Shown piece by piece: positions 1 to 9,575 of a stretch of 64,000 bases of DNA. Each line of letters opens with the position of its first letter. Within the stretch, counting starts at the first letter, position 1. This DNA is from Pirellulales bacterium (GTDB lineage: Bacteria > Planctomycetota > Planctomycetia > Pirellulales > PALSA-1355), in the NCBI GenBank assembly GCA_022844125.1, contig JALHMI010000017.1, positions 93,687 to 157,686 on the forward strand, written 5' to 3'. A program made the translations under genes and the position numbers. Under the pieces are notes generated by a model. The model did not search any database. It saw only the letters and a list, made by a program, of their open reading frames with translations, and was not told the origin of the DNA.

Positions 1-1721
1 GATATCTGGTGACGCTTGCCAAGCGCTCGCGCAGCCGGTTGCCGTGGACGCGGCTGAACGTTGGGAGCCCGGTCGTGCTAACTGCTCGAAGGGATAGTCG
101 CATTGCCGTGCGCGGAGTGATCTATGAGCGCAGTGATAGTTCAATCGCCGTGGCAATTTCGCAGCTTCCGGATGAGGCGGAAGACGTCGACTTGTGGCGG
201 CTCGATCTGTCGAGCGACGAGATTTCCAGCCAGCGGCAGCGGGCGGCACTCGAACGCGCGATGCGAGCCAAGGGCGATCGCTTGGCGGAACTGCGTGATG
301 TTATGCTGGGCAAGGGCAAGGCTTCGTTCGAGCTAGCCGAACCGCAGCAGGTTCTAGATGAAGGGCTAAACGCTACACAGCGCGCAACAGTTGCATTTGC
401 CCTCAGTGCACGCGACGTCGCACTCGTGCACGGCCCACCGGGAACTGGCAAGACGACGACGATTGTGGAAGTGATCCGCCGCGCCGTGCGGCAGGGCCAA
501 AAGGTTCTTGCTTGCGGCCCGAGTAACATGGCGGTAGACAATCTACTCGAACGACTGCTCGCGCATGGTGAGAATGCGGTGCGTCTGGGACATCCGGCCC
601 GCGTGATGCCTGAGCTGCGTGCACATACGCTCGACCTTTCGGTCGAGAAGCACGGTGCCGTGCGTGTGGCGCGAAAACTGGTCAAAGACGCACTCGCGCT
701 GTTTCGTCGCGCCGCACGCACCGCGCGGGCGAAACCCGAACCTGGCGCGAGGCGGGAAATGAGGGCAGAAGCCAAGTCGCTGCTGTCCGATGCGCGGCGA
801 TTGGAAGTGCAGGCTGTCGAGCAGATTCTGGACAATGCCGACATTCTGTGTGCCACGACGACCGGTCTCGATGAAAATCTCATGGGAAATCGGAGATTCG
901 ACCTGCTGGTGATTGACGAAGCCTGCCAGACAGCTGAGCCGGGCTGCTGGATCGCGATCAATCGGGCGGAACGTGTCGTGTTGGCAGGCGATCACCAACA
1001 GCTTCCGCCAACAGTGCTGAGCACCGAGGCCCAGCGGCAAGGCTACGGCATCAGCCTCTTTGAGCGGCTGGCGGAACACGATGCACCGACCCTGTTGCGC
1101 CGACTCGATACCCAGTATCGGATGCATGTGGCGATCATGGACTTCTCATCCCTGGAGTTTTACGACGCGGAACTGGTGGCTCACCAAAGCGTCGAAGCTC
1201 ATCGCTTGTGCGACCTGCCTGGAGTTGCAAGTAATCCATTGACGAAGACTCCACTCGAGTTTATTGATACCGCCGGGGCGGGCTATGATGAGGAACTCGA
1301 AACTGATGGAGAAAGCCGGCGCAATCTGCGCGAGGCCGATCTCGCGGCGAAGAAGGTCCAATCGCTACTGGAGGCCGGCGTAGCGGCAGCGGACATTGGC
1401 GTCATCACACCCTATGCTGCGCAGGTGCGGTTCCTGCGCACGAAACTCGCGATCGATCAACTGGAGATCGACACCGTCGATGGCTTTCAGGGGCGTGAGA
1501 AAGAAGCAATCGTGATCTCGCTCGTGCGATCGAACGACAGCGGCGAAATCGGCTTTCTGTCTGACTTGCGACGGATGAACGTGGCCATGACCCGCGCCCG
1601 GCGCAAGCTGATCGTGGTTGGCGACAGCGCAACGCTCTCGGTCGATCCGTTCTACGCCCGGCTGATCGAGTACTTCGAAGGCCAGGGGGCGTATCGCACG
1701 GTATGGGACGAGGACTTGTGA
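1..1721 (+). CDS. Superfamily 1 DNA/RNA helicase (Upf1/IGHMBP2-like); 5' end probably lies outside the window
   Basis: ORF 9..1721 stays open back to base 3. Walker A GPPGTGKTTT, Walker B LLVIDEACQ, GDHQQLPP, TVDGFQGREK and NVAMTRARRKL motifs are typical of SF1B helicases. Confidence 0.85.
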   Translation, partial: YLVTLAKRSRSRLPWTRLNVGSPVVLTARRDSRIAVRGVIYERSDSSIAVAISQLPDEAEDVDLWRLDLSSDEISSQRQRAALERAMRAKGDRLAELRDVMLGKGKASFELAEPQQVLDEGLNATQRATVAFALSARDVALVHGPPGTGKTTTIVEVIRRAVRQGQKVLACGPSNMAVDNLLERLLAHGENAVRLGHPARVMPELRAHTLDLSVEKHGAVRVARKLVKDALALFRRAARTARAKPEPGARREMRAEAKSLLSDARRLEVQAVEQILDNADILCATTTGLDENLMGNRRFDLLVIDEACQTAEPGCWIAINRAERVVLAGDHQQLPPTVLSTEAQRQGYGISLFERLAEHDAPTLLRRLDTQYRMHVAIMDFSSLEFYDAELVAHQSVEAHRLCDLPGVASNPLTKTPLEFIDTAGAGYDEELETDGESRRNLREADLAAKKVQSLLEAGVAAADIGVITPYAAQVRFLRTKLAIDQLEIDTVDGFQGREKEAIVISLVRSNDSGEIGFLSDLRRMNVAMTRARRKLIVVGDSATLSVDPFYARLIEYFEGQGAYRTVWDEDL

Positions 1722-1726
1722 GTTGC

Positions 1727-2422
1727 TCACGCGGCTCGATCGTTCAAACGATCGCGTCTCGTGGGAAGCCGATACACTAACGAGTTCCCCTGCTTACCGA
1801 TCTGCGCAATCGCTTTCATTTCGCGCAGACAGTAGGCGATTCGTTGGGCGATGTGCCGCCGCACTCCACAGTGCTCGGCAAGCTGTCCGGTATGAAACTC
1901 TCTGGGAATGGGATTGGGCAATAGCTTCAGCAGGTCAGCGGCGCTGCGCAATCGCACGCTATTGCCAACGGCAACCAGTCGCTGATCGGCCGCAACATGG
2001 TCAGTCTTGCGCCAGCGGCGGCGGCGGCCATGCCCCGGAAAGCGATGTTCCTCGACATCCACCAGCACCACCTCCAGCGACAGCCGCGGATGCGGGAACG
2101 CGCGCGTGAAGTACACTAGTTCGTCGAAGACATCGACGAGCTGCCCGCGCTTGGGACTCTTGCGGCGCAGAATTTCGGGGCCATCGGCCGCGCTGAACTT
2201 GACGAGCAGTTTCTCGCGCACGATGGGCTTTACCACCAGCACGCGATGGTTCTCGCACAATCGGCGAATCTTGTCGCGAATCGCGGCCAGCGACCCATGC
2301 TGGATTTCGATCAACCGGCCGCGGCTGACCGCGTCAATGCGGTAGCTGTCGAGCACCACTTCCGTTCGCGCTTGCGCGCCGGCATAGATTCGCTTGAGCT
2401 CGCGGTGCAATGAAGTTTCCAC
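1727..2422 (-). CDS. Hypothetical protein, possibly PD-(D/E)XK / CoiA-like nuclease fold
   Basis: ORF 1727..2482. A GTG at 2422 preceded by AAGGAG avoids overlap with pyrE. The RIDAV...LIEIQHGSL segment resembles nuclease-type cores. No firm family assignment. Confidence 0.45.
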   Translation of the reverse strand: METSLHRELKRIYAGAQARTEVVLDSYRIDAVSRGRLIEIQHGSLAAIRDKIRRLCENHRVLVVKPIVREKLLVKFSAADGPEILRRKSPKRGQLVDVFDELVYFTRAFPHPRLSLEVVLVDVEEHRFPGHGRRRRWRKTDHVAADQRLVAVGNSVRLRSAADLLKLLPNPIPREFHTGQLAEHCGVRRHIAQRIAYCLREMKAIAQIGKQGNSLVYRLPTRRDRLNDRAA

Positions 2423-2456
2423 GGTTCTCCTTGAGTCGTGTCCAGGCAATTTGGAC

Positions 2457-3020
2457 TCAGTTGGTCGGCGGTTCGATCCCAAAGTCTTTGATCGTGAGCA
2501 AACTCGTGAACGAATAACCGCGCGCTTGGAACGCTTCGGCGCCGCCTTCCATCCGGTCGATGATACAAATCACCTGCTTCACCTTCAGTCCGGCCGCTTC
2601 CATTCGGTCGATCGCCAAGAGCGAGGATCCGCCGGTGGTCACGACATCTTCGACCACGACGATATCATCGCCCGGCTTGACGGGGCCTTCGATGAATTGC
2701 TGCGTGCCGTGCCCTTTGGCTTCCTTGCGTACCAGAATGCCCTTGAGCGGCACGCCGCGCACGCCGGCCATCGTGATCACCGCGGCCGTTATCGGATCGG
2801 CGCCAATCGCCATCCCACCTACAGCCACCGGGAGCTTGTCGCCTAGCAACTCCAAAATGCCCTCGCCAATCAACATTGCCCCGGCAGCGTCCAGCGTGAC
2901 CTGCTTGCCATCGAGGTAATACTTGGCTTTCTTGCCCGAGGCCAGCGTAAAGTCGCCAAACTTCAGGGCCTTTTCGCGAATCAGGTCGATCAGCTTCTGC
3001 TTGTCGTACACGCGGGTCAA
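2457..3020 (-). CDS. pyrE: Orotate phosphoribosyltransferase
   Basis: 187 aa. FGDFTLASGKKAKYYLDGK N-terminus and the PRPP-binding loop VVVEDVVTTGGS are typical of PyrE. Confidence 0.9.
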   Translation of the reverse strand: MTRVYDKQKLIDLIREKALKFGDFTLASGKKAKYYLDGKQVTLDAAGAMLIGEGILELLGDKLPVAVGGMAIGADPITAAVITMAGVRGVPLKGILVRKEAKGHGTQQFIEGPVKPGDDIVVVEDVVTTGGSSLLAIDRMEAAGLKVKQVICIIDRMEGGAEAFQARGYSFTSLLTIKDFGIEPPTN

Positions 3021-3189
3021 TCCTCACTCAAAAGTCAGGCGATTTTTCTGGCCCTATGGTAGCCGACCTGCCGCTGAGGGAAACAGGGCAAATCCCTGTC
3101 CAGCTGCGTGACACACGCCCGCGGCTGACTTACACTCGAGCTTCGGCCGAACAATCCTTCTGCTACGCTTTTCCTCTCGGGATCCCGCC

Positions 3190-4293
3190 ATGAAGTCGAC
3201 TCCTCCCGCCCTCGTAGTCGTCGCGCTGCTGCTTCTGCTGGCAGTCACTGCCCGAGCGGAACTGCCTGAGGACGTTCGCCGCCAGGTCGACCAGCGCGTG
3301 TCCATGTTCCTCGAGAAATCGGGAGCGCCGGGTATCTCCGTGGCGATTGGTGTCGATAACGAAGTCTGCTTCGAGCAGGGGTACGGCTTGGCCGATCTTG
3401 AAAACAAGGTGGCCGCCTCGGCCGAGTCGATCTATCGGTTGGCCTCGATCTCGAAGATGCTGACCGGCGTCGCGGTCTTGCAGCTCGTCGAAGCCGGCAA
3501 GCTCGATCTGGCCGCGCCGATTCGATCGTACGTGCCCGGCTATCCCGAGAAGCAAGCACCGATTACCTGCGATCTGCTGCTCAAGCATCAAAGTGGCATC
3601 CGTCACTACAAGGGTGACCTCGAGATTCGGAGCAACAAACATTACGCCCGGGTCCGCGATTCATTTGGCGTCTTTCAGGACGACCCGCTGCTGTTTGATC
3701 CCGGCACGCGATTCTCCTATACCACCTATGGATTCAATGTCCTTGGCGCGGCGATCGAAGGCGCCTCGGGTGAAGACTACGTTAGTTACGTCCAGAAGCA
3801 CATCGCCGAGCCTAGCGGCATGCGCACGCTGCAACCTGATAGTCCGTTTGCAGTCATTCCGCATCGCGCGGCTGGCTATCGCAAGCAGGGCAAGAAGTTG
3901 TTGAACGACTTCGCCGTTGACGTCTCCAACAAAATCCCCGGCGGCGGCTGGTGTTCGACGGCCGGCGACCTGGTTCGCTTTGCCGGCACGCTCAACTCGG
4001 GCAAGCTGCTCAGTGAGCAGTCGCTGGAAACGATGTGGACGCCACAGAAGACCACAGACGGTAAACAGACGAATGCGGGCTACGGCTGCTTCATCGATAA
4101 TGTGGACGACGACCGGCTGATCTCGCATTCTGGCGGTCAGCCGAAAGTGTCGACGTTTCTGGTCTTTTCGCCCGCGAAGAAAGTGGCCGTCGCCGTGATG
4201 TGCAACCTGCGCGAGAGCAACCCGAAGCCGCTGGCGATGGATCTGATTGGACTGGTCGGCGCCGAGTCGATGGAACCGGCAGCCGCTGAATAA
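3190..4293 (+). CDS. Serine hydrolase, beta-lactamase (class C-like) family, secreted
   Basis: Signal peptide MKSTPPALVVVALLLLLAVTARA. SxxK motif ASISK. Length and overall layout fit beta-lactamase-related esterases. Confidence 0.8.
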   Translation: MKSTPPALVVVALLLLLAVTARAELPEDVRRQVDQRVSMFLEKSGAPGISVAIGVDNEVCFEQGYGLADLENKVAASAESIYRLASISKMLTGVAVLQLVEAGKLDLAAPIRSYVPGYPEKQAPITCDLLLKHQSGIRHYKGDLEIRSNKHYARVRDSFGVFQDDPLLFDPGTRFSYTTYGFNVLGAAIEGASGEDYVSYVQKHIAEPSGMRTLQPDSPFAVIPHRAAGYRKQGKKLLNDFAVDVSNKIPGGGWCSTAGDLVRFAGTLNSGKLLSEQSLETMWTPQKTTDGKQTNAGYGCFIDNVDDDRLISHSGGQPKVSTFLVFSPAKKVAVAVMCNLRESNPKPLAMDLIGLVGAESMEPAAAE

Positions 4294-4306
4294 GGGATCC
4301 GAAAGC

Positions 4307-5851
4307 ATGTCGATGTTGCTCATAGTTCAATCAACTCGTGGCAGTATTCCCTCGCGGGTGCTTCCCATTGGTGTCTTGCTCGCACTACTCTGCCTTCCAA
4401 CTATCTCTCAGGCGGACGACTGGCCGCAATTCCGCGGGCCGAATAGCACGGGCATCGCCGCAGGAACGAAGCCGCTTCCCGTGAAGTTCTCGGCCTCCGA
4501 GAACCTCCGCTGGTCGGCGGAAGTCGGCGAAGGTATCGGTGGCGCGGCCGTTGCCGCGGGTCGCGTGTTCGTAAGCGGTATGACCAGCAGTGACACCGTC
4601 AGCCTGTTCGCCTTTGATGCAGCCACGGGCGAGAAGCTCTGGCAGCGTGACTGGCCAGCCGGCACGCTCGGCGAGGTTCATCAAATCAATAGTCATGCCA
4701 GCTCCACTCCCGCGGCCGACATCAACCGCGTGTACTTTTATTTCACGACGCTGGGACTCCTGGCCCTGGATGCCAAAACAGGCCAGGACGCCTGGCGGCA
4801 GCCGCTGCCTGTGCCGTTCTTCGTATTCAAGTGGGGCGCGGGTATGTCGCCCGTCGTTTATAAGGACATGGTGTTGTTCTGCCAGGACGACGATCTGAAT
4901 CCGGCCCTGTACGCCTTCGACAAAGAAATCGGCACGCTGCTCTGGAAGGACGATCGGCTCGACATGGCGGTCAACTATTCGCATCCGGTGATCAACACCG
5001 TCGATGGTCGCGATGAAATCGTCGTCGCCGGCACCGGCATGCTCATCGGGTACGATCCCCCGTCCGGCCATCGCCGTTGGTTTGCCAAGACGCTGCTCCG
5101 CAACATCAAGACCACGCCGGTGTGTGTGCATGGCAATATCTATGTCTCACTGCAAAGCAGCGGCATAGCGAATCAATGGCTGGCTGCGGTCGATCAGGCC
5201 GAGACCGGCAACAGTGACGGCAAGATCGACAAAGCCGAAATACAAGCCTATGTCGGTGAAGAACCCGTTCCGCCAGCATTCCTGGAGCGCGCCTTTGGTC
5301 GCGGCGACAGGAACGGCGACGGATTACTCGAAGGCGAAGAGCTCGATCTGGCGTTCATGCATCCCGATAACTTCTCCGGCGCGCGATACACCTCGACCGG
5401 CGAAAAAGCGGCCGATGAGTTCATCCTCGCGGTGCGCGGCGGCGGCTCGGGCGATGTCACCGCCTCGCACCTCATCTGGAAGCATGCGACGAAGCACACC
5501 GACCATGTCGTTTCTCCATTTGTTTCCGGCGGCCGAATGCTGCTCATCAAGTGCGGCGGCATCAGCACCGTGTTCGACACTGAAAGCGGCAAGCCCCTGC
5601 GCGGTCCGAAGCGGATTGCCGACGCCACCGACTACTTCGCTTCGCCCGTGGCCGGCGACGGCAAGATTTACGCAGCCGGTTCGAACGGCATGGTCGTCGT
5701 GCTCGCAGACAGTTTCGATCTCGCAGGCGGGGCCGACTACGAAGAGCTTGCCGTGAATGACGTCGGTGGCAGCATCGTGGCCACGCCGGCAATCGCGGAC
5801 GGAAAGCTGTTCGTTCGCACGCGCGAAAAACTGCTTTGCTTCGGCGAGTAG
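4307..5851 (+). CDS. PQQ-like beta-propeller repeat protein with EF-hand-like calcium loops
   Basis: ATG at 4307 followed by a signal peptide. DDWPQFRGPN start is typical of planctomycete PQQ-like/BamB-like propellers. DRNGDGLLEGEE and NSDGKIDKAE are EF-hand-like loops. Confidence 0.75.
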   Translation: MSMLLIVQSTRGSIPSRVLPIGVLLALLCLPTISQADDWPQFRGPNSTGIAAGTKPLPVKFSASENLRWSAEVGEGIGGAAVAAGRVFVSGMTSSDTVSLFAFDAATGEKLWQRDWPAGTLGEVHQINSHASSTPAADINRVYFYFTTLGLLALDAKTGQDAWRQPLPVPFFVFKWGAGMSPVVYKDMVLFCQDDDLNPALYAFDKEIGTLLWKDDRLDMAVNYSHPVINTVDGRDEIVVAGTGMLIGYDPPSGHRRWFAKTLLRNIKTTPVCVHGNIYVSLQSSGIANQWLAAVDQAETGNSDGKIDKAEIQAYVGEEPVPPAFLERAFGRGDRNGDGLLEGEELDLAFMHPDNFSGARYTSTGEKAADEFILAVRGGGSGDVTASHLIWKHATKHTDHVVSPFVSGGRMLLIKCGGISTVFDTESGKPLRGPKRIADATDYFASPVAGDGKIYAAGSNGMVVVLADSFDLAGGADYEELAVNDVGGSIVATPAIADGKLFVRTREKLLCFGE

Positions 5852-6016
5852 CTCACGACAGCAACCGGCGCGAAGCTACACAATCTCTGCCGATCGTGCC
5901 GCGGCACTGACCGCGTGACGGCTCTTGCGGTGATCCATCGTTCAGCCCGCGGGGTTCGCCGGTGGTATCCTTTTCTGGCCGCACGATCCTCCCGCCTTCC
6001 GTACCCGCCCACCCGC

Positions 6017-7738
6017 ATGACTAGCCAGTCGACATCCCAGCCGCCGCGCTGCGCGCCAGTCCTCGCGCGCCGGCTGGGATTGTTCCTGCTGTTCGCGGCC
6101 GTTGCCGGGTGCGGAGCCCATCGCAGTTCGCAGCTCGCAGTGCAGCCGGTTTCGGCCACCACGGTGACCGTGCAATCGGTCGCTCTGGTGACAGCCGATC
6201 CGCGTGCCGCGCAAGCAGCGCTCGACGAAGCTCGGCGGCTCGATCGGCGGAATGATCCGACCGCAGTCGACTACTACTTTCAAGCCGCGGCGCTCTCGGC
6301 CCAAGGCATCACGCCCGCAGGCCCGGCCAACCAAAGCGAATCGATCTATCGCCAGGCGCTGTGGGGACTTGTCGACTCGGGCCAGCGGCTCGGCCGGCTC
6401 GACCCGCGCTCCGGGCTCACGGTGATGCACGGCGGGCAGCGCACGATTCCGATTCGTTACTTCGGTTTTGCGTTCAAGCCGAGCGACTTCAGCCGGCTGT
6501 CGGCTGCGGACGTGCCGACCGGTGAGATCGCGCAGCGGTACGTGCGGCCCGGCATCGGCATTCCGCTGCTTGGCGAGCGCGTCTCGCCGTGCGAGGAACC
6601 GTTCGCTTCGCCGTGGCAACCGTTTGCCGTGACCGCCTTGCTCCGGCCATCGGGCGACGTGGTCGATCCGACGTTTTCGGGACCGTACGTTCTGGAACTG
6701 TACAACCCACTCGCGTTCGATTGCGTTGGCTGGCGTGGTGGATCGCGGCCACTCTCGGCCGACATCACCGCGCCGCTGGCGGCCATCGTGAACAGCGCGC
6801 CGCGACAGTACCTGCAAGGGTTCACCGCCCCCAGCGACGTTTCGGTGCGGCCGAAGCTGACGATGATCGAACCGTATCAGCCCGGCAAGATTCCGGTCGT
6901 GTTCATCCACGGCTTGTACTCCGACGCGATCACCTGGGCCGACATGATCAACGAGCTGCGCGCCCAGCGCGACCTTTACGACCAATACCAGTTCTGGGCT
7001 TTTCGCTATCCGACCGGCGGCGACCTCTTGGCCAGCACGTCCGCGCTCCGCGCCAACTTGCGGCTGGTGCGCACCACGTTCGATCCAAACGGGGCCGATC
7101 CGGCCCTGGACCAGATGGTGCTCGTCGGCCATAGCCTGGGTGGTCTGGTCTCCAAAATGCAAGTCACCTCGTCATACGAGATTCTGTGGCGGGCGGCCGC
7201 CGTGCAACCGTTCGATGCCCTGCAAGCGCCGCCCGAACTGGAAGAGCAACTCGCTCGCGGGTTCTTCTTCGATCCAGTCTGCTCGGTGAAGCGGGTGGTG
7301 TTCATCGGCACGCCGCATCACGGCAGCGGACTGGCCAGCCGCGCAGCAGGTCGAGTCGGCAGCCTGCTGGTCAGCTTCGGCAGGGAGCAGGACGCCCAGT
7401 ACCAGGCACTGATGGAGGCGAATCGCGACGTCTTCAAGCCGCACTTACAAGGCCGGCGGCCGACGACGATCGCGCTCTTGGAGCCCGAGAATCCCTTTCT
7501 CGACGCCCTCAAGCGGATGCCGGTCAACTGCCAGACGCGGCTGCACTCGATCATCGGCACGGGCGGGCTGAATCTCACGGAAGGTCCCAGCGATGGCATT
7601 GTGCCGGTAGCCAGCGCCGAGCACGCGGGCGACAGCACGCTCGAAGTGCCGGAGCATCACGAGCGACTGCATCGTCATCCGGACTCGATCGCCGAGGTGA
7701 CGCGGATCCTGCGGCTGCACGCGGCAGGAGTCCGGTGA
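6017..7738 (+). CDS. Alpha/beta hydrolase (lipase/esterase-like) lipoprotein
   Basis: Internal ATG at 6017 gives a lipobox (LLFAAVAGCG). Nucleophile elbow GHSLGG. The C-terminal part resembles PGAP1/lipase-like hydrolases. Confidence 0.7.
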   Translation: MTSQSTSQPPRCAPVLARRLGLFLLFAAVAGCGAHRSSQLAVQPVSATTVTVQSVALVTADPRAAQAALDEARRLDRRNDPTAVDYYFQAAALSAQGITPAGPANQSESIYRQALWGLVDSGQRLGRLDPRSGLTVMHGGQRTIPIRYFGFAFKPSDFSRLSAADVPTGEIAQRYVRPGIGIPLLGERVSPCEEPFASPWQPFAVTALLRPSGDVVDPTFSGPYVLELYNPLAFDCVGWRGGSRPLSADITAPLAAIVNSAPRQYLQGFTAPSDVSVRPKLTMIEPYQPGKIPVVFIHGLYSDAITWADMINELRAQRDLYDQYQFWAFRYPTGGDLLASTSALRANLRLVRTTFDPNGADPALDQMVLVGHSLGGLVSKMQVTSSYEILWRAAAVQPFDALQAPPELEEQLARGFFFDPVCSVKRVVFIGTPHHGSGLASRAAGRVGSLLVSFGREQDAQYQALMEANRDVFKPHLQGRRPTTIALLEPENPFLDALKRMPVNCQTRLHSIIGTGGLNLTEGPSDGIVPVASAEHAGDSTLEVPEHHERLHRHPDSIAEVTRILRLHAAGVR

Positions 7739-7838
7739 GCGGGCGGGGTGACCGGTCCTCACCTCGCGTGTTCAAATTTTCAAAGAGCGGGCCGCGAAGA
7801 ATTCGGGCGGCTGTTATTTACGATCAGATTTTGCGCGC

Positions 7839-7882
7839 GTGTGCGCTTAAAAACTCGTGAAAATGATGTTTCAAGCGCACAC
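7839..7882. repeat. 10-bp-stem hairpin (GTGTGCGCTT ... AAGCGCACAC) sharing the GCGCACAC motif with the repeats at 8101-8122 and 8582-8603
   Basis: Perfect inverted repeat read directly from the sequence, about 100 nt downstream of the hydrolase stop. Confidence 0.6.
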
Positions 7883-8022
7883 TTCTCCCCTCACGCGTAC
7901 CGCGTTGGCCCAAGCGGGTGACACCTGGGTTGCGTGATTTCTCCAAGCTTCCAGTGCGGTGTTCATCTCAGCCGTTTTGTCGAAGTCGAGACACAATCCG
8001 CTGAACGTACCATAAACCAGTT

Positions 8023-8122
8023 GCTGGCCTGATTTCAATGGTCGGTGGACACTTGCATGGTGTGCGCCGGTGCGCGGCGGGCGCGGTTGCTCAAAACGAG
8101 TTGCGCCGAGTGGTGCGCACAC
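8023..8122. repeat. Intergenic repeat unit, copy 1 (GCTGGCCTGATTTCAA ... TTGCGCCGAGTGGTGCGCACAC)
   Basis: Both conserved ends recur at 8511-8603. On the minus strand the end reads TTGAAATCAGGCCAGC, a possible -35 box. Confidence 0.6.
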
Positions 8123-8249
8123 AGGTGGGCAAGTGGGCAAAGTTCGTGCGATTGTTTCTCATGGCTATCTTTCGGTGGTCCGCAGTCTTGATACAAAATT
8201 GCGCTCGTTTCGCAATTGGGATGACGATCATTCTGTCAGGCTGCAGGCC

Positions 8250-8430
8250 TGCAACATGCCAGCCCTGGGCGCCGCCAGGCGCCGCCCAGGGAGTCTCTTG
8301 GCGGCCGCGTGTCTCGTAGCCCCGCAGGCGCGAAACTTCCTGAATAGAGGGCGTGTTCCGCCCCTACAGGGCTAAGTGGGTTCGAGGGGGACCATCTCCC
8401 AGGGCGAATGCCCTGGGCTGGCATGTTGCA
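8250..8430. repeat. MITE-like element bounded by about 21-bp terminal inverted repeats (TGCAACATGCCAGCCCTGGGC / GCCCTGGGCTGGCATGTTGCA)
   Basis: Terminal inverted repeats with one central mismatch enclose about 140 bp with no credible ORF. Confidence 0.6.
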
Positions 8431-8510
8431 CGCCCATGGCGTGAGCGACTGAGTTCAGACAACCCCACGGTTATGCGAACGCGATCGCGTACCCGCAACC
8501 TACGCCAACA

Positions 8511-8603
8511 GCTGGCCTGATTTCAAGCGCGTTTGCGGGTGTGTGGATGGCGATTCGCGCTGCTTGAATCCGGCGAAGGACTTGCGTCGAGTGATGCGCA
8601 CAC
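8511..8603. repeat. Intergenic repeat unit, copy 2 (GCTGGCCTGATTTCAA ... TTGCGTCGAGTGATGCGCACAC)
   Basis: Shares a 16-nt 5' end and about a 22-nt 3' end with copy 1. The interior is divergent. Confidence 0.6.
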
Positions 8604-8869
8604 GGAAGCTGCGGATCAGTCAGACGTCCGCTGCAGAAGACTCAAGTGAACCACGACGACACAACGACACAACGGAAGGAAGAAAGGCGTGAGAGAAAGA
8701 CTACAGTAATTTCACTCGATTTGCTTCGAGCGTGGAAACCAGTGATGTCCCTGATGTCCCCGTTTCCGTTCCAGCGAGTGCACGCCGACCTCACTCAGAA
8801 GTCTGGTGAAAGGGGGCAACTATTTGAGAAACGTTCTGACCCCTTTGTTTTGTTCGGCCGCATTGATTG

Positions 8870-9415
8870 TCAGCCAGAAGAGTCGGTTGACTCCCCTTCT
8901 TCACTCCCATTCCCTTCGTCAGTTGTTCCGTGTGATCTGCGATTGGCACGTCTGACGAAGGTCGCCATGGTGAATACGATTGCGGTGCATGCCCAAACGA
9001 TCGCCACCGCGCCGTTGCGAAGCGGTCCGCCCGGGTGATGGGCGAGAAAGTTGCTCGAGATCTCACCAAGTAGTCCAGAGAGAACTATCAAGGGCATATA
9101 CCCAGCTAACCTGAAAGGTACCAGGGGCAACAGCAAGACTGCCAATCCGAACTGGTCCAAGTAGTTCGCTACGCCCCAGCGGTAAGAGAGCAACAGGTCG
9201 CTAAGTGCAATCAACCAGCTCAAGATAATCATGGCCTTGAGCCAACGGCGCGTTAGCAAATGAACCGCAACGTAATACTGCCAGATCCAAAGGAAGGTTA
9301 GAGCGCCAACGGTCCGCCCCGCGGACAATCCAACGATAATCAGAGCCACGACCGAGACCACGGCGAAAATCGCCAGGTTTGATTTCTTCCAAGACGAGCG
9401 AGGCGAGGAATTCAT
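8870..9415 (-). CDS. Hypothetical integral membrane protein (about 5 TM segments)
   Basis: 181-aa ORF with repeated hydrophobic stretches (IFAVVSVVALIIVGL, AMIILSWLIALSDLLL, AVLLLPLVPF, MPLIVLSGLLG, AIVWACTAIVFTMA). The region is visibly more A/T-rich than its flanks. Confidence 0.5.
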   Translation of the reverse strand: MNSSPRSSWKKSNLAIFAVVSVVALIIVGLSAGRTVGALTFLWIWQYYVAVHLLTRRWLKAMIILSWLIALSDLLLSYRWGVANYLDQFGLAVLLLPLVPFRLAGYMPLIVLSGLLGEISSNFLAHHPGGPLRNGAVAIVWACTAIVFTMATFVRRANRRSHGTTDEGNGSEEGESTDSSG

Positions 9416-9575
9416 GGCGTCGCTGTTCGAGTCCGAACGGACAAGGCTGAAACCATCGTGGTTGGCAAGGTCACCCGTGCAGCAAACCTTGGTAGTTGAT
9501 TATCCCCCCCTCCCCGACCCTCCCCACAAGTGGGAGGGAGTAAGAAGGTGGTTTCAGAGAGCTCTGCGAAGAGAA

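Noticed and set aside
2461-2490. T-loop-like GGTTCGATCCC sequence suggesting a tRNA
   Set aside because: It lies inside the well-supported pyrE coding sequence (C-terminal ...FGIEPPTN). No acceptor, D or anticodon stems can be drawn around it.
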